Part shown: positions 21,851-31,530 of the stretch, piece by piece
Position numbering within the stretch: position 1 is the first letter of the stretch
How the letters are laid out: each line of letters begins with the position of its first letter
Origin: an uncultured Methanoregulaceae archaeon
Lineage (GTDB): Archaea; Halobacteriota; Methanomicrobia; Methanomicrobiales; Methanospirillaceae
Assembly (NCBI GenBank): GCA_963717525.1
Contig: OY970343.1
Span: forward strand, 384,001-448,000
DNA: 64,000 nucleotides
Reading direction: 5' to 3'
Made by a program: the position numbers and the translations under genes
The notes under the pieces: model-generated
The model's database searches: none
Told to the model about the DNA's origin: nothing
What the model saw: the letters and a program-made list of their open reading frames with translations, nothing else

Positions 21851-22143
21851 CCCTCCCCCCTACCCCCCGCACCGCAAAAAAAATGATCGGACCGATCAAT
21901 TTCAAAATTGGTCGGGGCGACCCTTCATGTTCCAGTTTTTCGGCCCGTATTTCCACTGGAGTTTCAGATGAAACGGGGTGGTCGATCCGATCGTTTTCAA
22001 AACCGGTCGGTCCGGCCAATTTCAGAAATGATCGGGGCGACCCTTCACGCACGCAGATCTGAGGTAGCCCCCCTCCCCCCTACCCTCCACACCACAAAAA
22101 AATCGATCGGACCGATCAAATTCAGAATCGGCCGGGGCGACCC
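21851..22143. repeat. Local direct repeats (two about 75-bp units plus one partial unit)
   Basis: CCCTCCCCCCTACCC...GATCGGACCGATCAA.TTCA.AAT.G..CGGGGCGACCC at 21851 and 22071; the 3' half recurs at about 22005-22043. Confidence 0.85.
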
Positions 22144-22260
22144 AGTTACCCGCCAAAAAGATCGCTTGTGTTGCCGGGCACTTCCAAAAGAGATTGAGTC
22201 ACGAGCCGGCAATTATCGGGATACAACCGATTAACCATCAGGGGCACTCAAGATACCTGT

Positions 22261-22316
22261 CCCTCGCCCAGCGAGAGCCCGACGAGGCGCCCGAGCGACC
22301 CCCGAAGGGGGTGGGC
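22261..22316. repeat. GC-rich hairpin repeat, family C
   Basis: Similar to the reverse complement of 18794-18849; contains the ACCCCCGAAGGGGGT hairpin. Confidence 0.5.
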
Positions 22317-22375
22317 TCTCTCGTTAATATCTAAAAAAAGAATCCCATTAATTCAGTACAGGGAGATTTCCCGGA

Positions 22376-22999
22376 TTATTTCCTCTTCCGTTTCCCTCCC
22401 TCCACCACAACCAGCCGGATCGCGTCGGCGACAAACCGGGCAATCTCCTCTTTTTCCAGCATGGCATCAACAACGACAAACCGGCCCGGTTCTGCCCGGG
22501 CAAACTCCAGGTACCGGTCCTGGACTTTTTCGAGGATTTCGCGCCGCTCGAAATGCTCCCGCCCGGTCTTTCCTTCGAGGCGTGCAAGCGCGTCGTCAAC
22601 CGGGATTGCAAGGAGGAAGGTCTTGTCCGGCACAATCGACCAGCCGTTGTGCATCGCCCGCAGCCATCCCTCCGGGTCGGGGATGGTGCCTTCGAGCGTG
22701 ACCGACTGGTAGGCGAACCGGCTGTCCGAGTACCGGTCGGAGATCACCAGTTTTTTGTGGGCGAGCGCCGGGCGCACCACGGTTGCAAGGTGGGCGGCGT
22801 GATCGGCGACAAAGAGCGTGGCCTCGGTGACGGGATCGAGCTGCTCGGCAACCGCCCGCCGTACCGCCTCGCCCACCCATGTCGCCCCCGGTTCACGGGT
22901 GAAGACCGGGTCGAGATCGGCGAGCTTTTCCCTGAGGGCATCGAGCAGCGTGCTCTTCCCGGTGCCATCGATTCCTTCGAGCGTGACTAGCACCAGCAT
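22376..22999 (-). CDS. tmk: Thymidylate kinase
   Basis: EGIDGTGKST, TREPG, ISDRYSDSRFAYQ. Confidence 0.95.
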   Translation of the reverse strand: MLVLVTLEGIDGTGKSTLLDALREKLADLDPVFTREPGATWVGEAVRRAVAEQLDPVTEATLFVADHAAHLATVVRPALAHKKLVISDRYSDSRFAYQSVTLEGTIPDPEGWLRAMHNGWSIVPDKTFLLAIPVDDALARLEGKTGREHFERREILEKVQDRYLEFARAEPGRFVVVDAMLEKEEIARFVADAIRLVVVEGGKRKRK

Positions 23000-23664
23000 C
23001 CCCTCCGGATCCACTCGGCAGGGACAGCCCCCTTGTGGAGGGCAGTTGCGATAATGGCGCCGTCAAAGCCGGCGTCTTTTATGGTGTCGAGATCGGCGAC
23101 AGATGCAACTCCCCCTCCATACAGCAGCCGGCCCGGATACGCAGACCGCCACGCTTCGAGCGGGCCGGTGCCGGCGCCGATCCCGTTTTCGGTCCCCACA
23201 AACCCGAGGTTCAGGATGATGCAGCCCTCGAAGTTCCAGCCCCGGGCTGACCGGAGCACGGTCTCCGGCGAATCCCCGGTCGGGATCACTTTGCCGTTCA
23301 CAACGTCCACGCTCAGGTACCCCCCGTTGTACCGGGAAAGATCCGCAAGGCTCGTCTCGGTCCCGATAATATTTTCAATATTTGGCCCGGCGAGCAGGTC
23401 AGCTGGCGACCGCGTTCCCCGGTCCACGTAGCAGCGATCGACAAGGCAGGCACATTCCTGGATAAGCCTGTCGTGGTTGCCGGTCCCCTCGATCCGGTCG
23501 AGATCGGCGATATAGAGAAATTTTGGTGCGACGGCTTTCACAAAACCTGTTGGCTCTGCCGTCGGAGAAAGTCCCCAATCCAGCGGTTTGTAGGTCGCAC
23601 GCATCCCGGATTTTCCGTGTACGACTTTATTGCGCCGCAAATCCAACGCGAGCACGAGTTCCAT
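22987..23664 (-). CDS. HisA/HisF-related TIM-barrel protein
   Basis: LALDL...VVHGKSG, LYIADLDRI, YGGGV, ATALHKG. Confidence 0.85.
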   Translation of the reverse strand: MELVLALDLRRNKVVHGKSGMRATYKPLDWGLSPTAEPTGFVKAVAPKFLYIADLDRIEGTGNHDRLIQECACLVDRCYVDRGTRSPADLLAGPNIENIIGTETSLADLSRYNGGYLSVDVVNGKVIPTGDSPETVLRSARGWNFEGCIILNLGFVGTENGIGAGTGPLEAWRSAYPGRLLYGGGVASVADLDTIKDAGFDGAIIATALHKGAVPAEWIRRGCWC

Positions 23665-23708
23665 CGACAACCCAAAACCACTATTAGGATAAAAGATCAT
23701 TAAAGTTT

Positions 23709-24398
23709 ATGCAATTGTTGGTCAGCCCCAGCTCTATTTCCGAGGCTCACTGTTCTATCGCTGCCGATATCATCGACGTCAAAAAACCGTCAGAGGGCTC
23801 GCTTGGCGCCAATTTTCCCTGGGTGATCCGGGAGATCAAGTCGTTCGCGAAAAAACCCGTGAGTGCAGCCATCGGGGATTTCCCGTATAAGCCGGGCGGC
23901 GCCTCCCTTGCTGCCTATGGGGCTGCCTGCGCCGGGGCTGACTATGTCAAGATTGGGCTTGCCTTTGCCGGTAAAGACCGGGCCCGCGATGTGATCGCGG
24001 CGGTCACCAAAGCCGTCAAGGACGAGTTCCCTGAGAAATTCGTCGTTATTGCCGGGTATTCCGATTACGAAAGGATGGGTTCGATCTCCCCCTTTGAGAT
24101 CGCTCCACTTACTGCCGCGTGTGGGGCTGATTACGTGATGGTGGACACCGGGATCAAGGACGGGCGGAGCACCTTCTCCTTCATGGACGAAGCGACGCTC
24201 ATCCGGTTCACTGAAGGCAACCGGGCGCTGGGTCTGGGCACGGCCCTTGCCGGCTCGCTTGTGTTTGCCGATATCGATGCCCTGAAACGGATCAACCCGG
24301 AGATCATCGGTGTCCGGGGGATGGTCTGCGGTGGCGACCGGAATGCGACCATCCGCGAAGATCTCGTGAAGACAGCACTGGCGAAGATACGCTCGTAA
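23709..24398 (+). CDS. mfnB: (5-formylfuran-3-yl)methyl phosphate synthase (methanofuran biosynthesis)
   Basis: LLVSP, DIIDVKKPSEGSLGANFPWVI, DYVKIG, MVDTGIKDG, GVRGMVC. Confidence 0.92.
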   Translation: MQLLVSPSSISEAHCSIAADIIDVKKPSEGSLGANFPWVIREIKSFAKKPVSAAIGDFPYKPGGASLAAYGAACAGADYVKIGLAFAGKDRARDVIAAVTKAVKDEFPEKFVVIAGYSDYERMGSISPFEIAPLTAACGADYVMVDTGIKDGRSTFSFMDEATLIRFTEGNRALGLGTALAGSLVFADIDALKRINPEIIGVRGMVCGGDRNATIREDLVKTALAKIRS

Positions 24399-24415
24399 AA
24401 AAAATCAGGTGTGCA

Positions 24416-25885
24416 ATGTACCTCAACAAACTGGATGTTCCCCTCTCCCTCACGTTCGATGACGTGTTGCTGGAACCACTGGAATCCTGGATCGAACCCG
24501 CCGAGACCGATACGCGGACCCGATTTTCCAAAAACATCGGGCTGAATATCCCCCTTGTCTCGTCTGCGATGGACACGGTGACCGAGTCGACGATGGCGAT
24601 CGCCCTTGCCCGCGAGGGTGGTATCGGTGTGATCCACCGGAACATGACCGCCGAGCATGAACTCCAGCAGGTCAATTTCGTCAAGCAGGCCGAGGAGCTT
24701 ATCGAGCGCGATGTGCTGTACGTCGAGGAAACGGCAACGGTCTCCGATGCCGAGAAACTGATGAACCAGTACAGCATCGGCGGCGTGCCGGTCATCGGGA
24801 AAGGAAAGATCATCGGGATCGTCTCCCGCCGGGATGTGCGGGCGATCGTCTCCCGTCGAGGCGAGGAGAGCATCAGGACGATCATGACCAAAAAACCGAT
24901 CACGGCCGGCGAGGACATCACGCCGGAAAAAGCGCTCGAAGTGATGTACACCAACAAGGTCGAGCGGCTTCCGGTCGCAGACAGCAAGGGCCGGCTGATC
25001 GGGATCATCACGATGCAGGACATCCTCGAAAAAAGGCAGTACCCGCGTGCGACCCGGGACAAGAAGGGCAACCTGCAGGTGGCAGCAGCGGTCGGGCCGT
25101 TTGATTTCACCCGGGCGACCCTCCTTGACGCTCACGGCGTGGACGCGCTCGTGGTCGACTGCGCCCACGGCCACAACATGAAGGTGGTCGAGGCGGTGAA
25201 AAACATCAAGGGCAGCGTCAGCGCGGATGTGATCGCGGGAAATATTGCCACAACAGCCGCGGCTGAGGCGCTCCTGGATGCCGGTGTCGATGGCATCAAG
25301 GTGGGCATCGGCCCGGGCTCGATCTGCACGACCCGGATTGTGGCGGGCACCGGCGTCCCGCAGATAACCGCGATCGCGCAGGTCGCCGAGAGTGCGTCCC
25401 CGGCCGATGTCCCGGTCATCGCCGATGGTGGTGTGCGGTACTCGGGCGACGTAGCAAAAGCGATCGCTGCCGGGGCAGATACCGTGATGATGGGGAGCAT
25501 GTTTGCCGGTACCGATGAGGCGCCGGGCAAGGTGATCACGATCAAGGGCCGGCGCTACAAGCAGTACCGGGGCATGGGGTCGCTCGGCGTCATGAGCCTG
25601 GGCCAGTCCAGCGACCGGTACTTCCAGAAAAAGGGGATCGGGAGCACGAAGTTTGTGCCTGAAGGTGTCGAGGGGGTTACCCCCTACGTCGGGCACGTGG
25701 GCGAGGTGATCTACCAGCTCGTAGGTGGCCTGAAGTCCGCGATGGGCTACTCGGGCGCCTCCACGATTGATGATATGCACAAGAAGACCCGGTTTATCCG
25801 GATCACGAACGCCGGTATGACCGAGAGCCACCCGCACAACATCCTGATCACTGACGAAGCGCCGAACTACCGGCTCTTCGAATAA
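24416..25885 (+). CDS. guaB: IMP dehydrogenase with CBS pair
   Basis: [41 protein letters not shown]. Confidence 0.97.
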   Translation: MYLNKLDVPLSLTFDDVLLEPLESWIEPAETDTRTRFSKNIGLNIPLVSSAMDTVTESTMAIALAREGGIGVIHRNMTAEHELQQVNFVKQAEELIERDVLYVEETATVSDAEKLMNQYSIGGVPVIGKGKIIGIVSRRDVRAIVSRRGEESIRTIMTKKPITAGEDITPEKALEVMYTNKVERLPVADSKGRLIGIITMQDILEKRQYPRATRDKKGNLQVAAAVGPFDFTRATLLDAHGVDALVVDCAHGHNMKVVEAVKNIKGSVSADVIAGNIATTAAAEALLDAGVDGIKVGIGPGSICTTRIVAGTGVPQITAIAQVAESASPADVPVIADGGVRYSGDVAKAIAAGADTVMMGSMFAGTDEAPGKVITIKGRRYKQYRGMGSLGVMSLGQSSDRYFQKKGIGSTKFVPEGVEGVTPYVGHVGEVIYQLVGGLKSAMGYSGASTIDDMHKKTRFIRITNAGMTESHPHNILITDEAPNYRLFE

Positions 25886-25965
25886 CTTTTTTTATTCGTT
25901 TCCTGCCGCTATCCAGTACATAAAATAGAACAGCAGGGATAGTACCGTGTATCCCCAAACGGGAG

Positions 25966-26595
25966 ATGAATTACATGGCAAACGAGAAATTATACACGCT
26001 TCCCAAGCTGCCGTACGACTATGCGGCGCTCGAACCATTTATCTCAAAGGAGCAGCTCACCCTGCACCACACGAAACACCACCAGGCATACGTGACCGGT
26101 GCAAACGCGATCTTTGAGAAACTGGATAAGGCACGAAAAGAGAAGGCGGACCTCGATCTCAAGGCGACGTTAAAGGAGCTCTCGTTCCATATCGGGGGCT
26201 ACCGTCTCCACAACACCTTCTGGGAGAACCTGGCACCGGCTGGCAAAGGTGGCGGCGGGCTGCCGAAAGGGGAACTTGCAAAGGCAATCGATGAGGAGTT
26301 CGGTTCGTTTGAGCGGTTCAAAAAGGAGTTTACCACAGCGGCATCCAGTGTCGAGGGCTCCGGCTGGGCGGTCCTTACGGCAAGCACAACCACACCCCGG
26401 CTCCTGATCAACCAGATCGAGAAGCACAACGTGAATGTCTACCCGGGATTCCGGATCCTCCTTGTGCTCGATGTCTGGGAGCACGCGTACTACCTGGACT
26501 ACAAGAACGACCGGGCAAAATATATCGAGGCATTCTGGAACCTCGTGAACTGGGACGCGGTGAACAGGCAGTTTATCACGCACCTGAAAAAATAA
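25966..26595 (+). CDS. sod: Fe/Mn superoxide dismutase
   Basis: [32 protein letters not shown]. Confidence 0.96.
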   Translation: MNYMANEKLYTLPKLPYDYAALEPFISKEQLTLHHTKHHQAYVTGANAIFEKLDKARKEKADLDLKATLKELSFHIGGYRLHNTFWENLAPAGKGGGGLPKGELAKAIDEEFGSFERFKKEFTTAASSVEGSGWAVLTASTTTPRLLINQIEKHNVNVYPGFRILLVLDVWEHAYYLDYKNDRAKYIEAFWNLVNWDAVNRQFITHLKK

Positions 26596-26701
26596 TAAAC
26601 CCTGTTAAATTCACTTTTTTATTTTGGCACAGCTGCTGCCGGTTACAAAAATTTTCCAAAAAGAAGAAAATATGGGGGGTATGGGTTTTGCGTGATGCAA
26701 T

Positions 26702-26929
26702 TTATGCAACCATCTGTTTTGCCCGGAACCGGTTCCGGACCTTTTCGGAAAAATATTTTCCGACTGCGCTTGAACTCATGAGATCCGCGTAGACTTTTGA
26801 AGGTACGCCCGAATACTGGTAAACAAGTCCTGAGTGAAATTCGATCTCCATGTTTTTCATGGCGTCATCATATCCCACGGAGCGGAGAATACAGGATTTA
26901 ACGGGCTTTCTTTCCAAAAGCATCACCAT
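26702..26929 (-). CDS. KTSC domain protein
   Basis: SVGYD..MEIEFHSGLVYQYSGVP..Y..LM...SAVGKYF. Confidence 0.85.
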   Translation of the reverse strand: MVMLLERKPVKSCILRSVGYDDAMKNMEIEFHSGLVYQYSGVPSKVYADLMSSSAVGKYFSEKVRNRFRAKQMVA

Positions 26930-27081
26930 TATAGTATGAGTGCCCCGGATGCTTAACGGTTTTTATAAAACAGGAAAGATGTGCTGCGGCGGGAGATGTT
27001 AAAATCAATCTGCGGGAGTGATCAGCGTGACACAGCGGCCGGCAAACGGTTTTTCCCTTAGTAAAAATTCCCGGTACATCT

Positions 27082-27410
27082 CAAGGGGGGAGGGGGGTGC
27101 CCCCTACCCCCCCTCACTTCTTTTTTCCAAGTGGGGGGTACCCTCCCCCCCATGTGCCGGGCCAGCAGGGGGTACCCCCTCTCCCTCAGGTCCCCGGCCG
27201 GGCAACCGGATGATAATCCCCTAAAAATGCAAACCTTACTCCTCACGCCGGAGATTCCATGCGAAATACAGGTTTTTGTTATGCAGAAAAGGAGCCTGTT
27301 GCCCGCATGGGGAGGGAGGGGGGAATCCCCTACCCCCCCTCACCTCATTTTTTGAACAGGGGCCTACCCCCCTCCCCCTGCCGGCCCGCAAAGGGGATCA
27401 CCCCCACCCA
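27082..27410. repeat. Tandemly duplicated G/C-run hairpin units
   Basis: GGGAGGGGGG...CCCCTACCCCCCCTCAC...TTTTT...TGCCGG.C....AGGGG at about 27087-27182 and about 27313-27406. Confidence 0.7.
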
Positions 27411-27506
27411 TGATTTTTGTGAGAGGCCTCCCATGACCCTGGTCTCTTTCATTTTCAAAAGTCCCGGGCTGTCGCCGATTTTACCGGACCAAAAAAGCGA
27501 AGAGAA

Positions 27507-27662
27507 TTACAACACCGACGCAGTAAACCCGAATTCATACAGCAGGATTACGATAACAACGAGGAGTAAGCCAAAACAGATTATGACAATGTTCCTGTTT
27601 CGTTCTGATGTGGTGTCCAGCCATTGTAAAATCCCGACCATACTCTTCCTCAGGTGATCCAT
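27507..27662 (-). CDS. Putative 51-aa single-pass membrane protein
   Basis: Manual translation: MDHLRKSMVGILQWLDTTSERNRNIVIICFGLLLVVIVILLYEFGFTASVL. Confidence 0.45.
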   Translation of the reverse strand: MDHLRKSMVGILQWLDTTSERNRNIVIICFGLLLVVIVILLYEFGFTASVL

Positions 27663-27684
27663 TCAGATTTTAATTGAATATAAT

Positions 27685-27822
27685 TTGCCCTGCCCTACAA
27701 CGCACCAGAACTGTTTTAGGTGTGAGCGATGCGGTCACGAATGGGTCAAGCGAGTGGAGGACGATCCGAGAGTATGCCCAAAATGTAAGAGTCCCTATTG
27801 GGATGTACCGAGGAAAAAATAG
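27685..27822 (+). CDS. Small C4 zinc-finger protein (45 aa, TTG start)
   Basis: Manual translation: MPCPTTHQNCFRCERCGHEWVKRVEDDPRVCPKCKSPYWDVPRKK; too short for the ORF track. Confidence 0.7.
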   Translation: MPCPTTHQNCFRCERCGHEWVKRVEDDPRVCPKCKSPYWDVPRKK

Positions 27823-30181
27823 TTACAATTTTAATTCGGTTTGTATATCTCGCCTCATATCTTCTGGTGTTTTGAACGAATTTTTAAGTTCAGATATTTT
27901 CGGTTTTTTGTGCCCCTTCATTTGAACAAAAAACGCATCAAGATCCTTGTAATACATAAATTGCCAACCATATTTGTTGATTTCTTCGTTAAATTTGCGT
28001 TCATGAAGTTTCCTATTTAAAAGTGGTTTTCGTTCTTCCGGAATGACAATTATACGAGTTAAATCATCCACATCAAGATTAGATCCACGATCAATAACTT
28101 CGCTTATGCCAGTTGTGTTTTCGACTTCAAATTCATATTTGGGGGTCTTTCCTTCGAGCCAAATAACATCAATTTCTCTCACTCTATCTGGATTTTCATT
28201 ATCAAATGGTAACTCTTTAACTCTATACCCCTCTAAGTCAGCAATGACGGTATATCCAAATCTCTCTCCGATTTTGATTAAATAATCAACCATTGTATTG
28301 TGCTGGCTCATCCGTATCGATACCGATTGCTTCAATATCCATTTTTTATCTTTAGTTTTTTCAGCATAATCTTCCAAAACTTCATTTATTGTCGTAGTTT
28401 CGGGTGTTAAGGAGTTTGGAAACATTTTATAAACTTCTTTAAGTATGTCATCAAAACCAAGTTTGATTTCACGATTTAATGTTGATATAACAACTTTTTC
28501 AACTCGCTCTTTTAAAGGAACCCTATCAATGTATGGAACAACCGAGGGGTTGGCAAACCATAATTTGTTATTAACGAGGACAAATTCTTCACCCATATGT
28601 TTGTTGAGTACGTCGTCAATTGATTGTGAGGCTGAAAAAAGGAATCCCTCTTTTTTCAATAAATCGTAAATAAGTGAGTAACTATTTATTATTAACGAAT
28701 ATTCAGTTGGTTGTCCTCGTTCAGCAATGATCTTTTTAACAGCTTGAATAACAACCCTTTCAAATGTAATCTCATCGGGTTGTTTAATTTTTAATGTGTC
28801 GCGCGGTTCCAAAGGTTTTCGAAACCTTATGTAATAGTCCCCAAATGCACTGCCATAAGGAGCGAGCTGTGCCTTAGAAGATTTCTTTGCGGGATGTTGA
28901 TAAACAATTTTTTCAGAGTCAAAACCGGCTAAAATTGCAGATCTAAATATATCATTATAAATTTCCATTTTGGTGTTGTTAAACGTTACAGTCAAATATT
29001 TTCCGGGTTTTAAAACTCTATAAATTTCTCGGAATGCCTTAGCAAGGTGAGTGTAGTAAGCTTTGTTGTTTTTATCTCGTCTTAAAGGACTGTCGCTAAT
29101 ACAAATTTCATCGGCAAGATCTGATTTGAAACCCAACCACGATGCATAAATTAAATTGAGTTCTAAATATGGTACACTATCCCCATACGGAGGATCTGTG
29201 AACACATAATCCACGGAATTTTCCTTTAATTCGGGTATTGAATTAAGCTCAGTGGCGGAATGATTAAAAATTTTAAATGCATCTTTCGAGTATTTTGATG
29301 ACAGTAATTTATTAGATTCCTTTTTACCTGAAACGAGTTTTTTAAATTTGTTCTCGAAAAACCGCCATACGTTCATCTCATATCTATTGGCTGGTATCCA
29401 AAAACCTCTTACTTTCCAACCCGGTCCTTGTCCGGGTGTGTAAACCAGTAATTTTGAAGCTTGGGGGAGCGCGGCAGAAAATGCAAATTTTATCATATTT
29501 CGATTGAGTTCGTCCTCAATCTTGTTAATTCCGTTATAAAGAATTGAAAGTGCTATAAGGTTCCGTTTACTAAATAAGTCGCTGACTTTTTCCCCTCTTG
29601 AAACATTCACCCGACTGTTCCAAATAAGTTCGTTATCTGGATACCAATAAGGTACATCTGTCTCTTCTATTGTTGAGATTGTTTTTCTATCAGCATTTGT
29701 TAAGTCCTTTAACCCTTTGTGTTCGCAAACCGGGTTATTACACTCGTAGACAATCTTTGTTGGTTTATTATTTGCATATATGAGTGAATGTATTGTAGCA
29801 GATTTACCGCATTCTGGGCATATTGTTTTAAAATACTTTAAAATCTCATCTTTTACATCGTCTTTTAAGGCATCAAATGCTTCTTGCAAACTATCTATAT
29901 CAACAGGTAAAGCGGTCATTAATGCAATAAAATTCCCTACGGGATCCAGATCGACGGCAATCGCTTTCCTCCCCAATCTAAGGGCCTCTATGGCTGTCAC
30001 ACCCGAACCCGAAAAAGGATCAAGAACTGTGTCTCCCTCTTTTGAATAACGTTCAATATAAGCTGCTACTATATTATCCGGCTTTCTTGCCCAGTATTTG
30101 TGGATATTTATACATCGGAGGATGAAGTCTCGCAACTAAAGCCGAATCAAGATGGGAAATATCATCATTTTCATCATTCAT
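27823..30181 (-). CDS. N6A/N4C DNA methyltransferase with Zn-ribbon insert and putative C-terminal PD-(D/E)XK nuclease; probable single-base frameshift near 30108
   Basis: HKYWARKP, DPFSGSG (motif I), CPECG..C...C, TDPPY (motif IV), EIDVIW...EFEVE. The upstream frame from ATG 30181 (MNDENDDISHLDSALVARLHPPMY) joins on removing one base. Confidence 0.85.
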
Positions 30182-30330
30182 TTAGATCACTATGTCTTGT
30201 TGTATAATTTGAGATCTCAATAAATGAAAAACCAATTGTTTTGAGACCCGCGATGCAACAGCGCGATCCCAAAACCCAAAAGTCCCTACAACGCAACAGA
30301 ACCCCCTGTAGCTTCCTTTATACATTTGCA

Positions 30331-30347
30331 TCACTAACATCAAGTGA
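30331..30347. promoter_or_regulatory. Putative operator TCACT-N7-AGTGA between the TATA box and start of the heat-shock-regulator-like gene
   Basis: TTTATACA at 30317-30324, palindrome at 30331-30347, ATG at 30350. Confidence 0.5.
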
Positions 30348-30349
30348 AT

Positions 30350-30991
30350 ATGGAGGATCTCGCAGAATTCGCCCGGTTGCTCGATATCCTCGGGAACCGG
30401 AACCGGCGCCGCATCATCGGCCTCCTGCGGCAGAAGCCCTGCTTTGTCACCGAGATATCAGAGACGCTGATGATCTCGCCCAAGGCGGTTATCGACCACC
30501 TCCAGCTCATGGAGCGGGAGGAGATCCTCTCCTGCCAGATGGACGACCGCCGGCGCAAGTATTACTATCTCGCAAACGACATCCTCGTCGACGTTACCCT
30601 GCACAGCCTCCAGAGCGCCATGATCGGGCATGATGAGACGGGAAAGAACGCGGAGAACGAGCGGACCCGGCAGGCAGTCGTCATGCTCGCAAAGATGGTC
30701 CAGGCGCACGACCAGCTGGTAGCCCACCTCGAACAGCTCAACCATGACATCGACACGAAACTTGCCGATCTTGCCCGCAACCATAACGATTTATTCAGGA
30801 GCGAACGAGAACTATCTGTAGCAGTTGCCCTCTCCCACGAACCCCTGGCTCCGGACGAACTCCGGGAGGTTACCGGGTGCACACCGGATGAACTCGAACC
30901 GGTGCTTGCAGAGTTTGTAAAGAGGGGAATTGTATCGAGAACAAAGAACCGGATTACACTCAGAGGAATCCATGCTGACCAATCCCAATAA
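30350..30991 (+). CDS. ArsR-family regulator, Phr/HSR1-like archaeal heat-shock repressor
   Basis: LDILGNRNRRRII.LL..KPCFVTEIS..L.ISPKAVIDHL...RRKYY, coiled coil and a second wHTH. Confidence 0.8.
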   Translation: MEDLAEFARLLDILGNRNRRRIIGLLRQKPCFVTEISETLMISPKAVIDHLQLMEREEILSCQMDDRRRKYYYLANDILVDVTLHSLQSAMIGHDETGKNAENERTRQAVVMLAKMVQAHDQLVAHLEQLNHDIDTKLADLARNHNDLFRSERELSVAVALSHEPLAPDELREVTGCTPDELEPVLAEFVKRGIVSRTKNRITLRGIHADQSQ

Positions 30992-31391
30992 TCCCTACGA
31001 TGAAGTGTTTGGGAACCTCTCGAAGATCGTCGAGGAGATCGTGCGTAACATGCCTGAGGCCGAACACGCCCGTGTCATCGGGTATACCATCGTGACCCGG
31101 CAAGTCCCCGGCGAGCCCGGGATCTTCACCGGCGGGGCAAACAGCGGCGACGACGACATCCCGTACGAGGTGCTTGAGTCAGATACCCATATCTTTGTCA
31201 CCGCTGCGATCCCTCACAATGCCCAGTATGCCCCCTATGCGGATATCCAGACAAACGTGGTCCGGATCTGTATCGATGACCACTCCACGACCATCGAACT
31301 TGACAAGCCCATCGATGTCATCCACAGCATGTACCGGGTGCACCGCGGCGTGATGGACATCACGCTCCGGAAGGTCCCGGACTACCGGTAA
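30972..31391 (+). CDS. Hsp20/CS-like domain protein
   Basis: YEVLESDTHIFVTA...RGVMDITL beta-sandwich pattern; overlaps the regulator gene. Confidence 0.65.
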   Translation: MLTNPNNPYDEVFGNLSKIVEEIVRNMPEAEHARVIGYTIVTRQVPGEPGIFTGGANSGDDDIPYEVLESDTHIFVTAAIPHNAQYAPYADIQTNVVRICIDDHSTTIELDKPIDVIHSMYRVHRGVMDITLRKVPDYR

Positions 31392-31530
31392 TCTTCCCTT
31401 TTTCAGCCCTCTCGCATTTTTTTACCGGTTTTTATTGCTCTGGAGTAAACCCGGTCGGTCCATTTCCGTTTCTTGTACGTCCCTGTCGGTACTGTGCCGG
31501 GCAGATGCCAAAAACCACGCTTGAAAAAAG

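Noticed and set aside
21851..22143. Possible CRISPR array
   Set aside because: Only 2-3 degenerate units with irregular spacing, and no cas genes
24131..25837. Long antisense ORFs (568 aa here, 514 aa at 31726..33270, and others)
   Set aside because: Shadow frames of GC3-rich genes (guaB, nrdD) with no recognisable motifs
25966..26595. Superoxide dismutase in a strict anaerobe
   Set aside because: Fe-SODs are well known in methanogens, so this is not unusual
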